Virus record (IMG/VR): IMGVR_UViG_3300028591_000019
Location: 1-64,000 of that record
Reading direction: 5' to 3' (one strand)
Length of the DNA: 64,000 bases
Origin: a virus
Lineage: Duplodnaviria > Caudoviricetes
Shown piece after piece: positions 27,803 to 38,448 of this stretch; within the stretch, counting starts at the first letter, position 1; every line of letters begins with the position of its first letter. The translations under genes were made by a program, and so were the position numbers. The notes beneath the pieces were generated by a model. That model saw nothing but the letters and a program-made list of their open reading frames with translations, was not told where the DNA came from and did no database searches.

Positions 27803-28886
27803 GAACGAAGCAAGTTGGGACGGCAAGCGTTGGAGCATTAAGGTTCAGTCGAACGGCACACGCAAGTCGTTCTATTCTTCTATAGAGGGGAAAAAGGGAA
27901 AGATAGACTGCGAGAAGAAAGCAGACGATTGGCTCGTAAACAGTCTTAACGGGGAGAACCTCAAGGTAGAGAAACTCTTTGACGATTTTATCGAGGACAT
28001 GAAACAGCTTGATAAAAGCTATAAGCAGTTTGAATCTATCGGTAGGTCGAGAATCGTTCCGTCTATCGGGAAGAAAAAGATAAGTACTGTAACGGAACAG
28101 GATTTGCAGAACATTATACATAAGGCGAACCGAGACGGTCTGTCTAAGAAGACACAGCGCAACATCCGTGGCTGTATCTCTTCGTTCTTCAAGTACTGTC
28201 GAAAACGGAAGTGTACAACGCTTATCCCTTCCGATATAGAAATTCGCCGTACCGCTCCGACATACGAAAAGAAATCGCTTCAGCCCGAAGAGATTAAGAA
28301 GGTCTTCTCGTCCGAAATCACAACGTATAACGGAAGAGACATCGAGGACAGATATATCTACCTCTACCGCTTCGGCATCTGTACAGGACTCCGTCCAAGC
28401 GAACTGCTCGGTCTGCAATGGAAAGATATCTCTGGCGATATTATAACGGTACACCGTGGGATAAACAAAGAAGGGAAGATAACGTCTGGCAAGAACGAGA
28501 ACGCAAAACGGACATTTAAAATGTCTGCTACCGCTGAAGACGCTCTCCTCATGCAGAAGAAACAATTGAAAGAAGAACACATCGCTTCCATCTGGGTGTT
28601 CCCTTGGCGTGACGGAACTTCTACTTCTCTTGATAACTACTATAAAGCTTGGAAGAGATACGCAAAACGGAACGGCATTACGCCCGTCTCTCTGTATGAA
28701 CTGTCAAGACATACCTTCGTAAGTCTGAACAAGCATATGCCTATCGAACTGCTGAAAGCAATTGTAGGACATAGTACTACAATGTCTACAACGGAGACAT
28801 ACGGACACTTTTTGGAAGGTGAAATGGAACTGGCTCAGTCCTATCAAGATAAGGTCATGAAAGACCTTTTCAGCGGGAAATCTTGA
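27786..28886 (+). CDS. int: Tyrosine integrase
   Basis: TGLRPSELLGLQWKDI, GKNENAKR, YELSRHTF, IVGHS, TETYGH; N-terminal arm-binding-like segment; adjacent attP. Confidence 0.92.
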   Translation: MQTKRKNEASWDGKRWSIKVQSNGTRKSFYSSIEGKKGKIDCEKKADDWLVNSLNGENLKVEKLFDDFIEDMKQLDKSYKQFESIGRSRIVPSIGKKKISTVTEQDLQNIIHKANRDGLSKKTQRNIRGCISSFFKYCRKRKCTTLIPSDIEIRRTAPTYEKKSLQPEEIKKVFSSEITTYNGRDIEDRYIYLYRFGICTGLRPSELLGLQWKDISGDIITVHRGINKEGKITSGKNENAKRTFKMSATAEDALLMQKKQLKEEHIASIWVFPWRDGTSTSLDNYYKAWKRYAKRNGITPVSLYELSRHTFVSLNKHMPIELLKAIVGHSTTMSTTETYGHFLEGEMELAQSYQDKVMKDLFSGKS

Positions 28887-28905
28887 GGACACTTTTGAGG
28901 ACACT
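28883..28905 (+). repeat. Integrase arm-type sites (left pair) TTGAGGACACT x2
   Basis: Exact 11-mers at 28883 and 28895. Confidence 0.75.
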
Positions 28906-29030
28906 CGATTTGCAGGATGTCTTAAACCGACTTGCAAAATATTCCTTATTAAGAATATTTCAAGCATATATGTTATAACTTATGACGGCAAAATAAGACA
29001 AATACTACCTATAGTGCCATGAGTTGACTT

Positions 29031-29054
29031 GTTCAAGTCCCATCTGCCGCACCA
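29031..29054 (+). other. attP core: 3' end of a host tRNA (probably tRNA-Leu)
   Basis: GTTCAAGTCCCATCTGCCGCACCA is a T-loop, 3' T-stem, acceptor strand and A-CCA. The 5' T-stem half is missing, so it is not a full tRNA. Flanked by arm repeats. Confidence 0.8.
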
Positions 29055-29082
29055 AAAAAATCCCAGAGTTCTGGGATTTTTC
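29054..29082 (+). terminator. Intrinsic terminator after the att core
   Basis: AAAAATCCCAG-agtt-CTGGGATTTTT. Confidence 0.75.
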
Positions 29083-29099
29083 TTTATCTTGAGATGTCT

Positions 29100-29121
29100 T
29101 TGAGGACACTTTGAGGACACT
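29100..29121 (+). repeat. Integrase arm-type sites (right pair) TTGAGGACACT x2
   Basis: Exact 11-mers at 29100 and 29111, in the same orientation as the left pair. Confidence 0.75.
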
Positions 29122-29164
29122 TTATAAAAATATTTGGATATATATCGGAGGTTCTTCCTGCATC

Positions 29165-29202
29165 GCAAACAAAAAAGAAGGTCATCGCAGTACGATGACC
29201 TT
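29165..29202 (-). terminator. Intrinsic terminator for the 29.3-29.8 kb minus-strand unit
   Basis: AAGGTCATCG-cagta-CGATGACCTT, with an A-run on the left giving a U-tract on the minus strand. Confidence 0.7.
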
Positions 29203-29258
29203 TGTCTCCTTCTGCAACTTGGCAGACGAGATTTAAACGGTTGAGAACACTTTGGTGT

Positions 29259-29591
29259 TTAATCCCCGTTATTGTAATCATAAGAGTGAACAGCGTTTTT
29301 GTAAGAGCCGCAGTTCATCATCCATCCAGACACGCTTCCGTATTTAATAAGGTTCACATAAAAGATAACCGTCTCGTTACCCTCGGCATAAACAAAAACT
29401 GGAAGCTTGTCAGAACCAAGTATGGAATTGACTTGCGCTGTCGTTTGTTCAGTCAGCTTGTAGACATCTTCTACAAATGTAAATGTCTCACCCTCTATAA
29501 GGTCTATGCGGGCATACAGACCACCGTCTGAACCACCGCCGCCGCCAGAACTCCCCATTAGAGCCTTTGTTAAAAGCATATCTTTCAGCAT
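29259..29591 (-). CDS. Small protein with poly-Gly N-terminal linker, tail-accessory-like
   Basis: MLKDMLLTKALMGSSGGGGGSDGG N-terminus. Confidence 0.55.
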   Translation of the reverse strand: MLKDMLLTKALMGSSGGGGGSDGGLYARIDLIEGETFTFVEDVYKLTEQTTAQVNSILGSDKLPVFVYAEGNETVIFYVNLIKYGSVSGWMMNCGSYKNAVHSYDYNNGD

Positions 29592-29594
29592 AGG

Positions 29595-29783
29595 TTACGC
29601 TCCAATCTCAGCCCACGCAGTTCCATTGAAGTAAAAGGTTTTGTTCGTATCGAGTTCCTGTGCAAGGCTGTTCGTTGCAATCCCGCTTGTCGGCTTTGTA
29701 TCAGTAGATAGGCAGAGAATCTCTACATATCTTGAAGAGCCGCTTTCGACATTGACATATTTCTCTTCAACAATAGCTATCAT
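29595..29783 (-). CDS. Small conserved phage protein (CLSTDTKP motif), usually seen in tail regions
   Basis: Start MIAIV at 29783 with RBS aaggag; ILCLSTDTKPT...ELDTNKTFYFNGTAW. Confidence 0.6.
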   Translation of the reverse strand: MIAIVEEKYVNVESGSSRYVEILCLSTDTKPTSGIATNSLAQELDTNKTFYFNGTAWAEIGA

Positions 29784-29838
29784 CGAAACTTTACATCTCC
29801 TTAAAATAGAATAAAATTGCAATTTATCTAGACAATCT

Positions 29839-29867
29839 ATTATAACAAAAAAGCATGGATTTTTCAA
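29839..29867 (-). promoter_or_regulatory. SigA-type promoter overlapping an upstream terminator
   Basis: Minus strand TTGAAA-N17-(TG-t)TATAAT; the hairpin GCATGGATT/AATCCATGC plus U-tract overlaps the -35 box. Confidence 0.65.
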
Positions 29868-30540
29868 GAATCCATGCCGTATTGTCTTAATCCATATCGT
29901 ATGGTCTTGCTTTCTCGTGAAACTTGAGAAGCAGTTCTGTAATCTTCTTCTGCGGTATAATCTGCTTTATGCTCTTGCCAGTCTGCCTTGCGGACAGCAT
30001 CGACTTCTGATTGAGACGCAACTGTTCTTCCGTCTGATAATACTCGGATACATACGGGCAGTAGGTGTACTGGGCGTAATACGATACCCGTTTCATATCG
30101 AACTTCATCGTTTCTGGAATCGTCCGTATCTGCTTCGCATGGTATCCATTACAGCAAGGACACAATTCTTCCTTGTTGTTACCACTCCTCGTCTTTGTCT
30201 TTTCCATCCTTCTCCTCTTCCCGAAGGATAACAAGCCTATCCTCTGCGTTGTATTTGTTGAAGAACGCTTCGATAAATAACAGCAACGAATCCATAGACA
30301 TATCTCTGGCAAGCAACTCCTCGCCGCCGACATAAACCTTAAACCTTTGCTCCTGCATATGCTTCCTCTCTGCTCTTTATATTCTCATCATTCACCCAAG
30401 GAACGTATACTTCTCTCCCGCACTTCTCGCACAAAGCTGTTCTCTCGAAATAACCGATATGCTTATCCCCGATAACAGCGTGTACATAGCCCGACCAAAT
30501 CCTGTACCCTACGTCTTCTCTGCACGTTTCGCAAAACACT

Positions 30541-31157
30541 TTATCCTGCATATTCCGCTTCACGCTCCCGTTCCCTGTATTTCCTGTTCTTCTCCCTTAT
30601 CGCTTCCTTATGCCTTTGCTGATAACGTCTATCCTTTGCACGTTTCTTCTCGGCATACTCTGGGTCTTGCATCTTGATACGGTAATACTCCCGATTGTAT
30701 TCTCTTTTCTTCTCGGAAGATTCGCAGTTCTTGATATACCGCTGTATTGCAAAGACGGCACAGGATACCGCTTCCTGTTCTTCCTCGTCATGTATTACCA
30801 TCTCCTGCAAGACACACATAGACTTCCATGCTTGCTCCAAGGACATATTCTTCATTCGGTTTCTGCCGTTCCCTTCTTCTTCTTTTCTCTTCCTTCGGCT
30901 CTATATCTCGCACGGTATTCCCGCTGATAATTCCTGTAATGCTCCGCAACCTCTGGGTTGACAATCCTGCGGTTCTTGTTGTACTCGTTCCGTTTCTCCC
31001 TGTTCTCCTCTTCGAGTATCGCCATCTGCAAAGCTTTTACGGCAAGCAAGAAGTACTGCATCTCTTCCTCGCTTCTTGGGTCTGCCGTCTCGAAATAATA
31101 AATCGCTTGGAACGCATCCTCTGCGTGAATAAGCGATAACTTCCTTGGTCTAGACAT
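30541..31157 (-). CDS. Two adjacent paralogous basic helical proteins (30541-30855 and 30852-31157)
   Basis: Shared K-R-x-E-Y-N-R/K...Y-Q-R motifs in the C-terminal halves. Confidence 0.5.
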
Positions 31158-31937
31158 ATCTATCCTGTATCCCTTCCGCTGTCGTATCTACAACCTCTAT
31201 CTCTTTGCCGTACACTCGTATCCCGTTGTACTCCGCTTTATTCCTTGCTCTCTTCGCATCGTTAAGTGTTTCGTACAGAACAAGCGTCTTGTTCCCGATA
31301 GGTGCGAATCCGATTAAACCATCCGTATATAGGAGAACCTGTATTGCTTTCTTCATACGCATCGGGATAAGCCAACTCGGACGCTTATACGGAATCTTGC
31401 CTACCCAGAATCCGTAACCTACGACTCTTACGCTTCCGTCTTCATTCTTCTCTAACATTCCCCGTCTTCACCCTTTCCCTTTTTTCTCTTAAATAATTCT
31501 GAGAAAAATTCCTTATACACATGAACTACGGTAATAAGGAATCCGACAAACATAATCGCAAGAAAGATTAATCCGAAATAAATAAAAATTACCTTAAACG
31601 TCTGTTCGAGCATCGTCATCCTTCTTCTCCTTCCGACTCATGACAACAACCAACTTATCAACAGGGCGTATGTAGTCAATGAATACCCTCTCTATCTCCC
31701 AGTTGCCGTCTTTAAAAACTTGGAAGACTTTCTCCCCGTCTATCTTTATGTCCGTAATAGAACCCGCAGAATCGATATCCCTAATAATCTTGGAATAAAT
31801 CATCGGCGTATCACTTTTCTTATCTTCGCCATGAACGTTCCAACATACCGCCATTCTCACGCTCGGATTGATACAAGCCGTTGTCTTGCAATACCCTTCG
31901 CTTGTCTTGTTGTCGCACACATACCCGCAACGCTCCG

Positions 31938-32237
31938 TCATCCTTCTCCATCCCTTTCCAAGTAATAATCGATATCTCCCGAATCGAACTTCATATTCAT
32001 CTGCTTCTTATATACATCGAAGTACAGTTCGTCCTTGTCTCCGTTGTATGTTGCTTCGTAATACTTCCCGTCTTGTACAGAAGGGACGCACAGCAAAGCT
32101 TTCATATTCTGTAAGGTCTTGCAGAACCAGACAACGGCAACATCGTGCGCTCCCTGTATATCGGGGTTAGCATCGTATAACTCGCTTTCCGTTATATGTT
32201 TTGCGAGGTCGATAAAATCCTGTACTTGCATCCTCAT
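31938..32237 (-). CDS. DUF6275-like protein
   Basis: VVWFCKTLQNMKALL...DGKYYEATYNGDKDELYFDVYKK. Confidence 0.7.
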   Translation of the reverse strand: MRMQVQDFIDLAKHITESELYDANPDIQGAHDVAVVWFCKTLQNMKALLCVPSVQDGKYYEATYNGDKDELYFDVYKKQMNMKFDSGDIDYYLERDGEG

Positions 32238-34365
32238 TCGCTCTCGTCCTTTCCGCATATTTCTTCAAGATATTTGCCTAACGCTTCTTCCTTGTTATTG
32301 TAATAGTCTCCTATCTCCCTATCGTAGACACTCCCGTCGGCTTGCAAGAAGAATCGCTCTTTGCCGTAATCGACAGAGGTTATCATCGCAAACGCATCCC
32401 AAAACCCTTCATTGTATCCCTCGCCGTATTCTCCTGTGTTTGCGTTATGCAAGTCTTCCCAGAATTCAATCTCGTTCATTTGTCCGCCCCCTCGAACAAG
32501 GAAACGCCCTTCTCGGTTTCCTCGATATACTTATCGACTTCTCTCTCAAGACGTTTGCTTTCCGTAAGAACATCCATGCTCCTCGTCTTGAAGTATCGCT
32601 TCTGCATCTCCCGCATTTCTTTAACAAGCTTTACAAAATCGTTCGTCATTCCTCTTCTCCTCTCCCGCCAAATTCTTTTTCATATAACATTTCAAAATAT
32701 TCTTGCCAAATATAATCCATGCGTTTTTCAATGTCTCCATACGCAACTCGATTATCATCATCTGGAGATATCCCATATAACGATTCCATCCTCGCTACGA
32801 TATATCCCCAAGAGATAGAGTAATCGTTCTCTTTCGTTCGCTTTTCCTCTATCCAAGTTTCTCCACGGGCGACTTGCTCTAGGGCGGTCTTCAAACTTAA
32901 ATAGATTTCACTCGGTCGCTGGCTCATTCGCTTCTCCTCTCACAGACTTCCGTCATCACCTATTCGGTTTGCAAACTCTTCAATTGCTTCATCAAGAGTC
33001 ATATATGTACAACTGTCTCTTGAATAAATAATTCCTTTTGCTTCATTCTCCATGAAGTAATACTGCTTTCCGTGCCACACACTTGACAGAAAATTAAGCA
33101 CCTCAAATTCTCCCTTTTTGAATCCATCATCGTATGCTTTCTGTAACTCTTTCCCGATATCTATCATTTTGCTTCCCCCATCATATCTAATTGCTGTATC
33201 CATTGCAGAAGACATCACGGTCGACATATCCTGCTGGAAACATACAAACGCTTTGGTGTCACTCATTCGCTTCTTCTTCCAGTTCGCACCATAACGGTCT
33301 TCCCATAAATTTCTCTATCTGATACCTGTCTGGAACTCCATACGAGAAAAGAATACAGCAATCTCTGTCTCTTTCATGAAACGGACATTCTCTACATGAT
33401 GACGGCATTGGCATATCTATGCGTATCATTTCAGCACCCCCTGTTTGTAATTCACTTCATAATTTGGAATATGCAATGGGCAACAGTTGGTTGGATTAAC
33501 ATATCTTCTATGGGCAGAGCAGTAATAAATAAGTGCCGTGCTTGCCGTAGATGAAGACGACCTAATACAGTTCTGACAACATTTCATTTGCTTTTCCTCT
33601 CCACATCTGCGACGCAAGTCACTTCATATTGTTGATTCCATGTCGGCACAACAGATTGATTCCACATTGGGCAGATTGCGTTCGTCTGTCTGCAAATTCC
33701 GCATGGAAGTCGAAATGCACAATAACTGGTATATGCAGTTGAAGTGCCAACTCCAGTACCGTTTTCAGTTGGTATGTATGTCATTCGCTTCTCCTTTCGC
33801 CGACCTCTCGCATCATTCTTCTCCACTTCTGCCGATTATTCGGTTCTTGCTTATGCTCCCACAACCATCTGATTGCGCTGATGTAGTATTTGAGTTTCTG
33901 TATCATTCGCTTCTCCTATCACCCTTTGAACACCATTTAATTGGTGAGTATCCAATAGTTACTATGCTTGGTTCAGTTCGTGTATACTGAACATATTTGC
34001 TACACTCATTTGCGTATCGGCAATCCTCACAGCGCACCAGATTTTGAACGACAGTAAAGGTAAAGCCACCACCAGTAATATCATCAATATCTTCTGTCGA
34101 TATAATCCATTCCCTCATTCGCTTCACCTCTCGCCTTTCCAACACCACGCATCTTCTGGTCTTTGCCGTTCGTTCAGATGCGCCATAGGACACCCAACCA
34201 ATTCCTTTTTGGGATTGTGCTTGCACTCATAGCACCGCACGACTTTCAAATACTCAACTTCTTTGCCGCTCTTTGTATGAAAGACAATGCGAGGAGTATT
34301 CTCCATGTTTACGTCCATAAGCGCATCGAACTGCTCGTCTGTAATAGGGCTATTAAGCGTAAGCG

Positions 34366-34737
34366 TTATTTCGTCTCTAAGCATTCCTTTTCCACTTCCC
34401 ACGGTTCTGGCAGTGGCATCCAAGCTTGCACTACAGGGTTTGAAGCATCGTTACACCATCCACCTGTAAAGTTTGGAATAATAAGGAATTGGCAAACCCA
34501 AACCTTGTCTCCACCACTTACATAATATAGACCCGATTTTTTCGGCAACTCCTCACTGCACGGCATCCATCGGTGTCGTGGATAATTTTTGTATTGATTC
34601 CACGCATCACATTCACCGCATTTTTCTTCTGGCTGTGCAGATGGTAATTTTATGATTGCTATAATACTCCGGGTATTAGATTCATCAACACGACAAAGTG
34701 CATCAATCGCCGCCCGTCTGCTAATTAAATCATCCAT
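34366..34737 (-). CDS. DUF551-like protein with DDLISRRAA N-terminal module
   Basis: RWMPCSEELPKKSG...VQAWMPLPEPW. Confidence 0.7.
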   Translation of the reverse strand: MDDLISRRAAIDALCRVDESNTRSIIAIIKLPSAQPEEKCGECDAWNQYKNYPRHRWMPCSEELPKKSGLYYVSGGDKVWVCQFLIIPNFTGGWCNDASNPVVQAWMPLPEPWEVEKECLETK

Positions 34738-35260
34738 CGGCTTTCCTTCCTGCCTTATATGGCTCTGGTCGTGGCATCCATGCGACAATGCCATCAAAAT
34801 AAGCAGGGAACATCCATCCAAACTCTATATCGTATTTCCCAATCATCATTGCCCCTGCATCGTTCTGACATATTGTCCACATATTTTCTTCTGGCAACCT
34901 CTCCGTCACAGGTATCCACCGTTGTTCTGGCTGTGCGGATGGCTTATATTTATTGCAAGCACAGATGTTATCATTACCTATGCCGTTTCCGAAAATCACA
35001 TCATCGTTTTTACTTGGGCAGTCTGGGTACGAATAATTGCAACTATCACATAGATTTGTCTGATTATCTGGCTGTGCGGGTGGCAGATTGTTGATTACTT
35101 TCTCAATAATCTTTTTGGATGCAGACCAGTTTTGATACTTCCTGTGACAGTCTCCACACAAATCCTCATTCATTTCTTTTCCACAGTTATCACAATACGC
35201 ATAACAGAATGCATCGTAAACCGCATCTATCGCCCTTTTTCTGCTGACTGAATCATTCAT
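34730..35260 (-). CDS. DUF551-like protein with Cys-rich inserts
   Basis: RWIPVTERLPEE...IVAWMPRPEPY. Confidence 0.7.
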   Translation of the reverse strand: MNDSVSRKRAIDAVYDAFCYAYCDNCGKEMNEDLCGDCHRKYQNWSASKKIIEKVINNLPPAQPDNQTNLCDSCNYSYPDCPSKNDDVIFGNGIGNDNICACNKYKPSAQPEQRWIPVTERLPEENMWTICQNDAGAMMIGKYDIEFGWMFPAYFDGIVAWMPRPEPYKAGRKADG

Positions 35261-35783
35261 CGGTTCTCCTTTCTGCTTTATGCTTCAGAAATTGTTCCCA
35301 ACACGCAACGCCTACAGTATGCGGGCAGGAGTCCAACAGTTCGCATTTTTCTGGCAACCATTTGTCTATGTCGTTATAGTTGCAAGCGCAAGTGTCACCA
35401 AAAAGTTCTGCAAGTAGACAGGCAACTGTATGATTGTTCCACTCTGGCTGTACGGGTAGCAATGCCTTGATAGCCGCAACATCCCGTCTCCATTGGTTGC
35501 GTTCTGCCACCTCTGCATCATCATCGTGCCATACAAGCGGTTCTTCACCAAGTGCTTCAATTGCCGCTCGTCTGCTGATTAAGTCATCCATTGTCGCCCG
35601 TCTGCTGATTAAATCGTCTATTCTCTCTCTAAGAACTATTAATTCATTCAGCCAATCCGCAAGCTGTTCAGCCTCATATGTGGCATCTCTCATATCCATG
35701 TAATCGTTAGATTCTATTCGTGCTTTCAACCGACATTCTTTGGCTATCTCGCTATAGTAAGTAACTGCATCTTCGAGTGTCAT
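35253..35783 (-). CDS. Modular hypothetical protein with duplicated DDLISRRA motif
   Basis: Likely start MTLED at 35783; IDDLISRRATMDDLISRRAAIEAL. Confidence 0.6.
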   Translation of the reverse strand: MTLEDAVTYYSEIAKECRLKARIESNDYMDMRDATYEAEQLADWLNELIVLRERIDDLISRRATMDDLISRRAAIEALGEEPLVWHDDDAEVAERNQWRRDVAAIKALLPVQPEWNNHTVACLLAELFGDTCACNYNDIDKWLPEKCELLDSCPHTVGVACWEQFLKHKAERRTDE

Positions 35784-37526
35784 ATCTCGTTCTCTTCCCC
35801 CTTTTCTCGGATATAATGCTCGTAATCGTTCTCGCAATCGTAAGGACAGTCTATCCAGTCGAAATGGCAACCCGTTAACCGTGCGACTATAATCCGCTTA
35901 TTGCACTTCCTGCATATCCTGCTACGTTCTTCCTGTACAGATTGAGATATCGCTATCATTTCGCACATCGTCTCTTTCTTCCTCTAAATTGGTCTATAAA
36001 GTCGCACAAGATGTCGTAAGCCATAAACAGAATAACTAAAAGCCATACAAGGACTGAAATCCCGAGAACAATAATAAGTGCTATCTCTAGACCGTGCATT
36101 TCTCTCAACCTCACATACTTCCGTCATCTGGGTTAAATGTAGGCTCGTATAATATGTCATGTTCCAACTGCTCTATTGCTCGTTGATAATCGCAATCCGT
36201 TTCTTTTGTTCTCATATCTGCTCCGCAGTTTGGGCATTTGGCAGGAACGTCCTTTAATCTACAAGTCTTTGGTTCGCCGCAATTTGAACATACAAGACGA
36301 TGCCATCCGTAAGCATAACCGACTTTAATCCACCTCGGATAATGCGCTAAACATAACGAATCTAATACTGGACTATCCATCGTTTTCCTTTTCCCCTCTC
36401 ATTAAAGCGCATACTGTCTCGAAATCTTCTCTTACCGCATAGCTGTGATGTTTTAGAATGACTCTTGTCGGTCGTTCTCTAAAGTCGTACTTTCGTGCCA
36501 ACGCACAATCAAGATAGTCACCTTTTTCTATGCTTATGACTTCATCTGCAACAACAGCGATATCTCTCTTTTCAAGAGTTGTCAGCTTAATCAGTTTCAT
36601 CGTTTTCTTCCTTCATCCTTTTCCCGCAGGACGGACAGTAGTTGAACTCTTTAATGAAATCGATATCAAATGCTTTATAAATCCACGGGAAGAACTTGCC
36701 GCATTTGGTACACCAATAACCGTCTTGCCCTTGTTCGTTTTCTCCGTAGAACCATCGACCACACTCTCGCTCAACGGCATCGTCTGTTTGCATTTGTATA
36801 TGCTCCATCCATTGTTCCACACGGAACGATGGAATCAATCTTGCCCCATTCGTGTAAACCTCGTCTTTATCCACAAACCCATACGACCGTTCAAATTCTT
36901 CCCATGTTTTCGGGAACGTCATTAAGTCGCTCATTCCTCTTCCCCCTTCGGCTGTCTTTCCTTTTTGTTGAACTTATTCCCGTAAGAATCTCTCCAATGC
37001 GGACAAGAATAACAATCTCCCGAACAGTCTCCCCAGAAATCGTCCTTCTTGACATAACAGGAATCGTTGTCGTATTCGGGGCAGTACCGTACATCGTATG
37101 CTCCCTTTACCGTTGCATATCCTCTCTTCCTTGCGACCCATCCCTGTACAGGCTTAAACTCCCTTGCCCAACTGCATCCGTTTGTTATGCTCTTCCCGCA
37201 AGTCCAACATAAACTCTCCTGCCCTATCCGTATCTTGACTGCGTTCTCTTCCGTCAGCATTTCTTCTCCTCTTCTCTTATCCCGCTCCGTAAATATCCTT
37301 GCAATCCTCGCAGAAATCCTCTTCCTCTTTCCTGTCGTAATACCATCCCGCTTCTTCCGCTTCCTGCACTGCTTCCTTGAAAGTACTCTTCCCTTCCAAC
37401 TCTATCCCGCAATAATCGCAAACAGGATAATACTTACCTTCTCTTGAATCGATAGACATTTCCGTTCCCTTCTCTTATCTCTTAGATTTTTCCTTCCTCT
37501 CTCAAGACTCTGTCTTATCTCCCTAT

Positions 37527-37556
37527 ACTCTATCATCCCGATTAGTCTTATGTCAA
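37527..37556 (-). promoter_or_regulatory. SigA-type promoter for the leftward accessory cluster
   Basis: Minus strand TTGACA-N18-(TG-a)TAGAGT. Confidence 0.5.
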
Positions 37557-37579
37557 TACTCTCTAATCCCCGTTTTTTC

Positions 37580-37608
37580 TTGCATTGCCTTTTTATATAG
37601 GATATAAT
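37580..37608 (+). promoter_or_regulatory. SigA-type promoter for candidate sRNA
   Basis: TTGCAT-N17-TATAAT. Confidence 0.7.
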
Positions 37609-37613
37609 GTACT

Positions 37614-37716
37614 CGCATCTTGAGGTCAGCATCTATGTTTTGTCCGTGTTTCTTCACCCCCTTTCTACGGGCAAACAAAAGAGAGAGAGGTTCACGCCCC
37701 TCTCTTTCTTTTTTTA
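37614..37716 (+). ncRNA. Candidate ~100-nt sRNA with anti-Shine-Dalgarno loop
   Basis: Promoter upstream; 9-bp stem 37639-47/37667-75 enclosing the loop GUUUCUUCACCCCCUUUCU; terminator 37679-37715; no credible ORF. Confidence 0.55.
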
Positions 37717-38448
37717 TATTTTTTTACCTACCCCTTATCTGGCATTTACATTTCCCGTACCGATTCTTTACCTACCCCCCGCCTACCCTTTACATATCCT
37801 TTATCCAATGTCAATCTATACATTTACATTATTCTTATAGGACATTTCGTCATATTTTATCTAAGACATTTTTAAGACTATTTTGCAGAGCTTTATAGGG
37901 GAAGGATAGCATAGTGCTGATGCGATTTTCGCCCTATGCATAGACTGCAAAATATCCCCCATATGCTGATATTGCTAGTATTTTAAACGGATTCCTATCC
38001 CCATTGACACATTGTCATTATACATATGCATTACTTTATACATTTTCTTTCGGTTTACTTTTCAATCGTTAACGTGTTGATAGTTAACTAGTTAACAATC
38101 GCCTAGAGTGGCGGATTATAGCAGTTTTTCCCCATTATATATATTATTCTTGTATTATATATATATTATATATATCTCATAGATATAAGAATATTCTATA
38201 CAAGGATATGCATAAGAAATGAATAAAGGTAAAAAATGAAATGAACATAAATTGAAATTGCAAAAAAAGAAGAAAAAAGTTAAAAAAATTTTTGTTTTGA
38301 GATGGGATTGTTTGCGGATAGCTATACACGCGTGCGCGAGGATTGCACTTTTCAAGCGGATACAGTCGAATTGGATTTGATAAACTGTCATTGTCGCCAA
38401 GCCGAACAGGCTTAAATTCAAGACGGCAAAAAAGAAAGGAATAAAGCA

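Larger units (their letters stand above)
29887..37459 (-). other. Cluster of ~30 small co-directional accessory genes (zinc fingers, DUF551-like, DUF6275-like, hypotheticals)
   Basis: Tightly packed minus-strand ORFs with ATGA overlaps and RBSs (gaggagaagcgaatg recurs). Confidence 0.75.

Noticed and set aside
28944-28954. 11-bp match (reverse complement) to 60186-60196 as paired recombination sites
   Set aside because: The match is short and AT-rich, plausibly by chance, with no extended similarity.
29000-29054. Second full tRNA gene
   Set aside because: Only the T-loop to CCA is present and the 5' T-stem strand does not pair, so it is an attP core.
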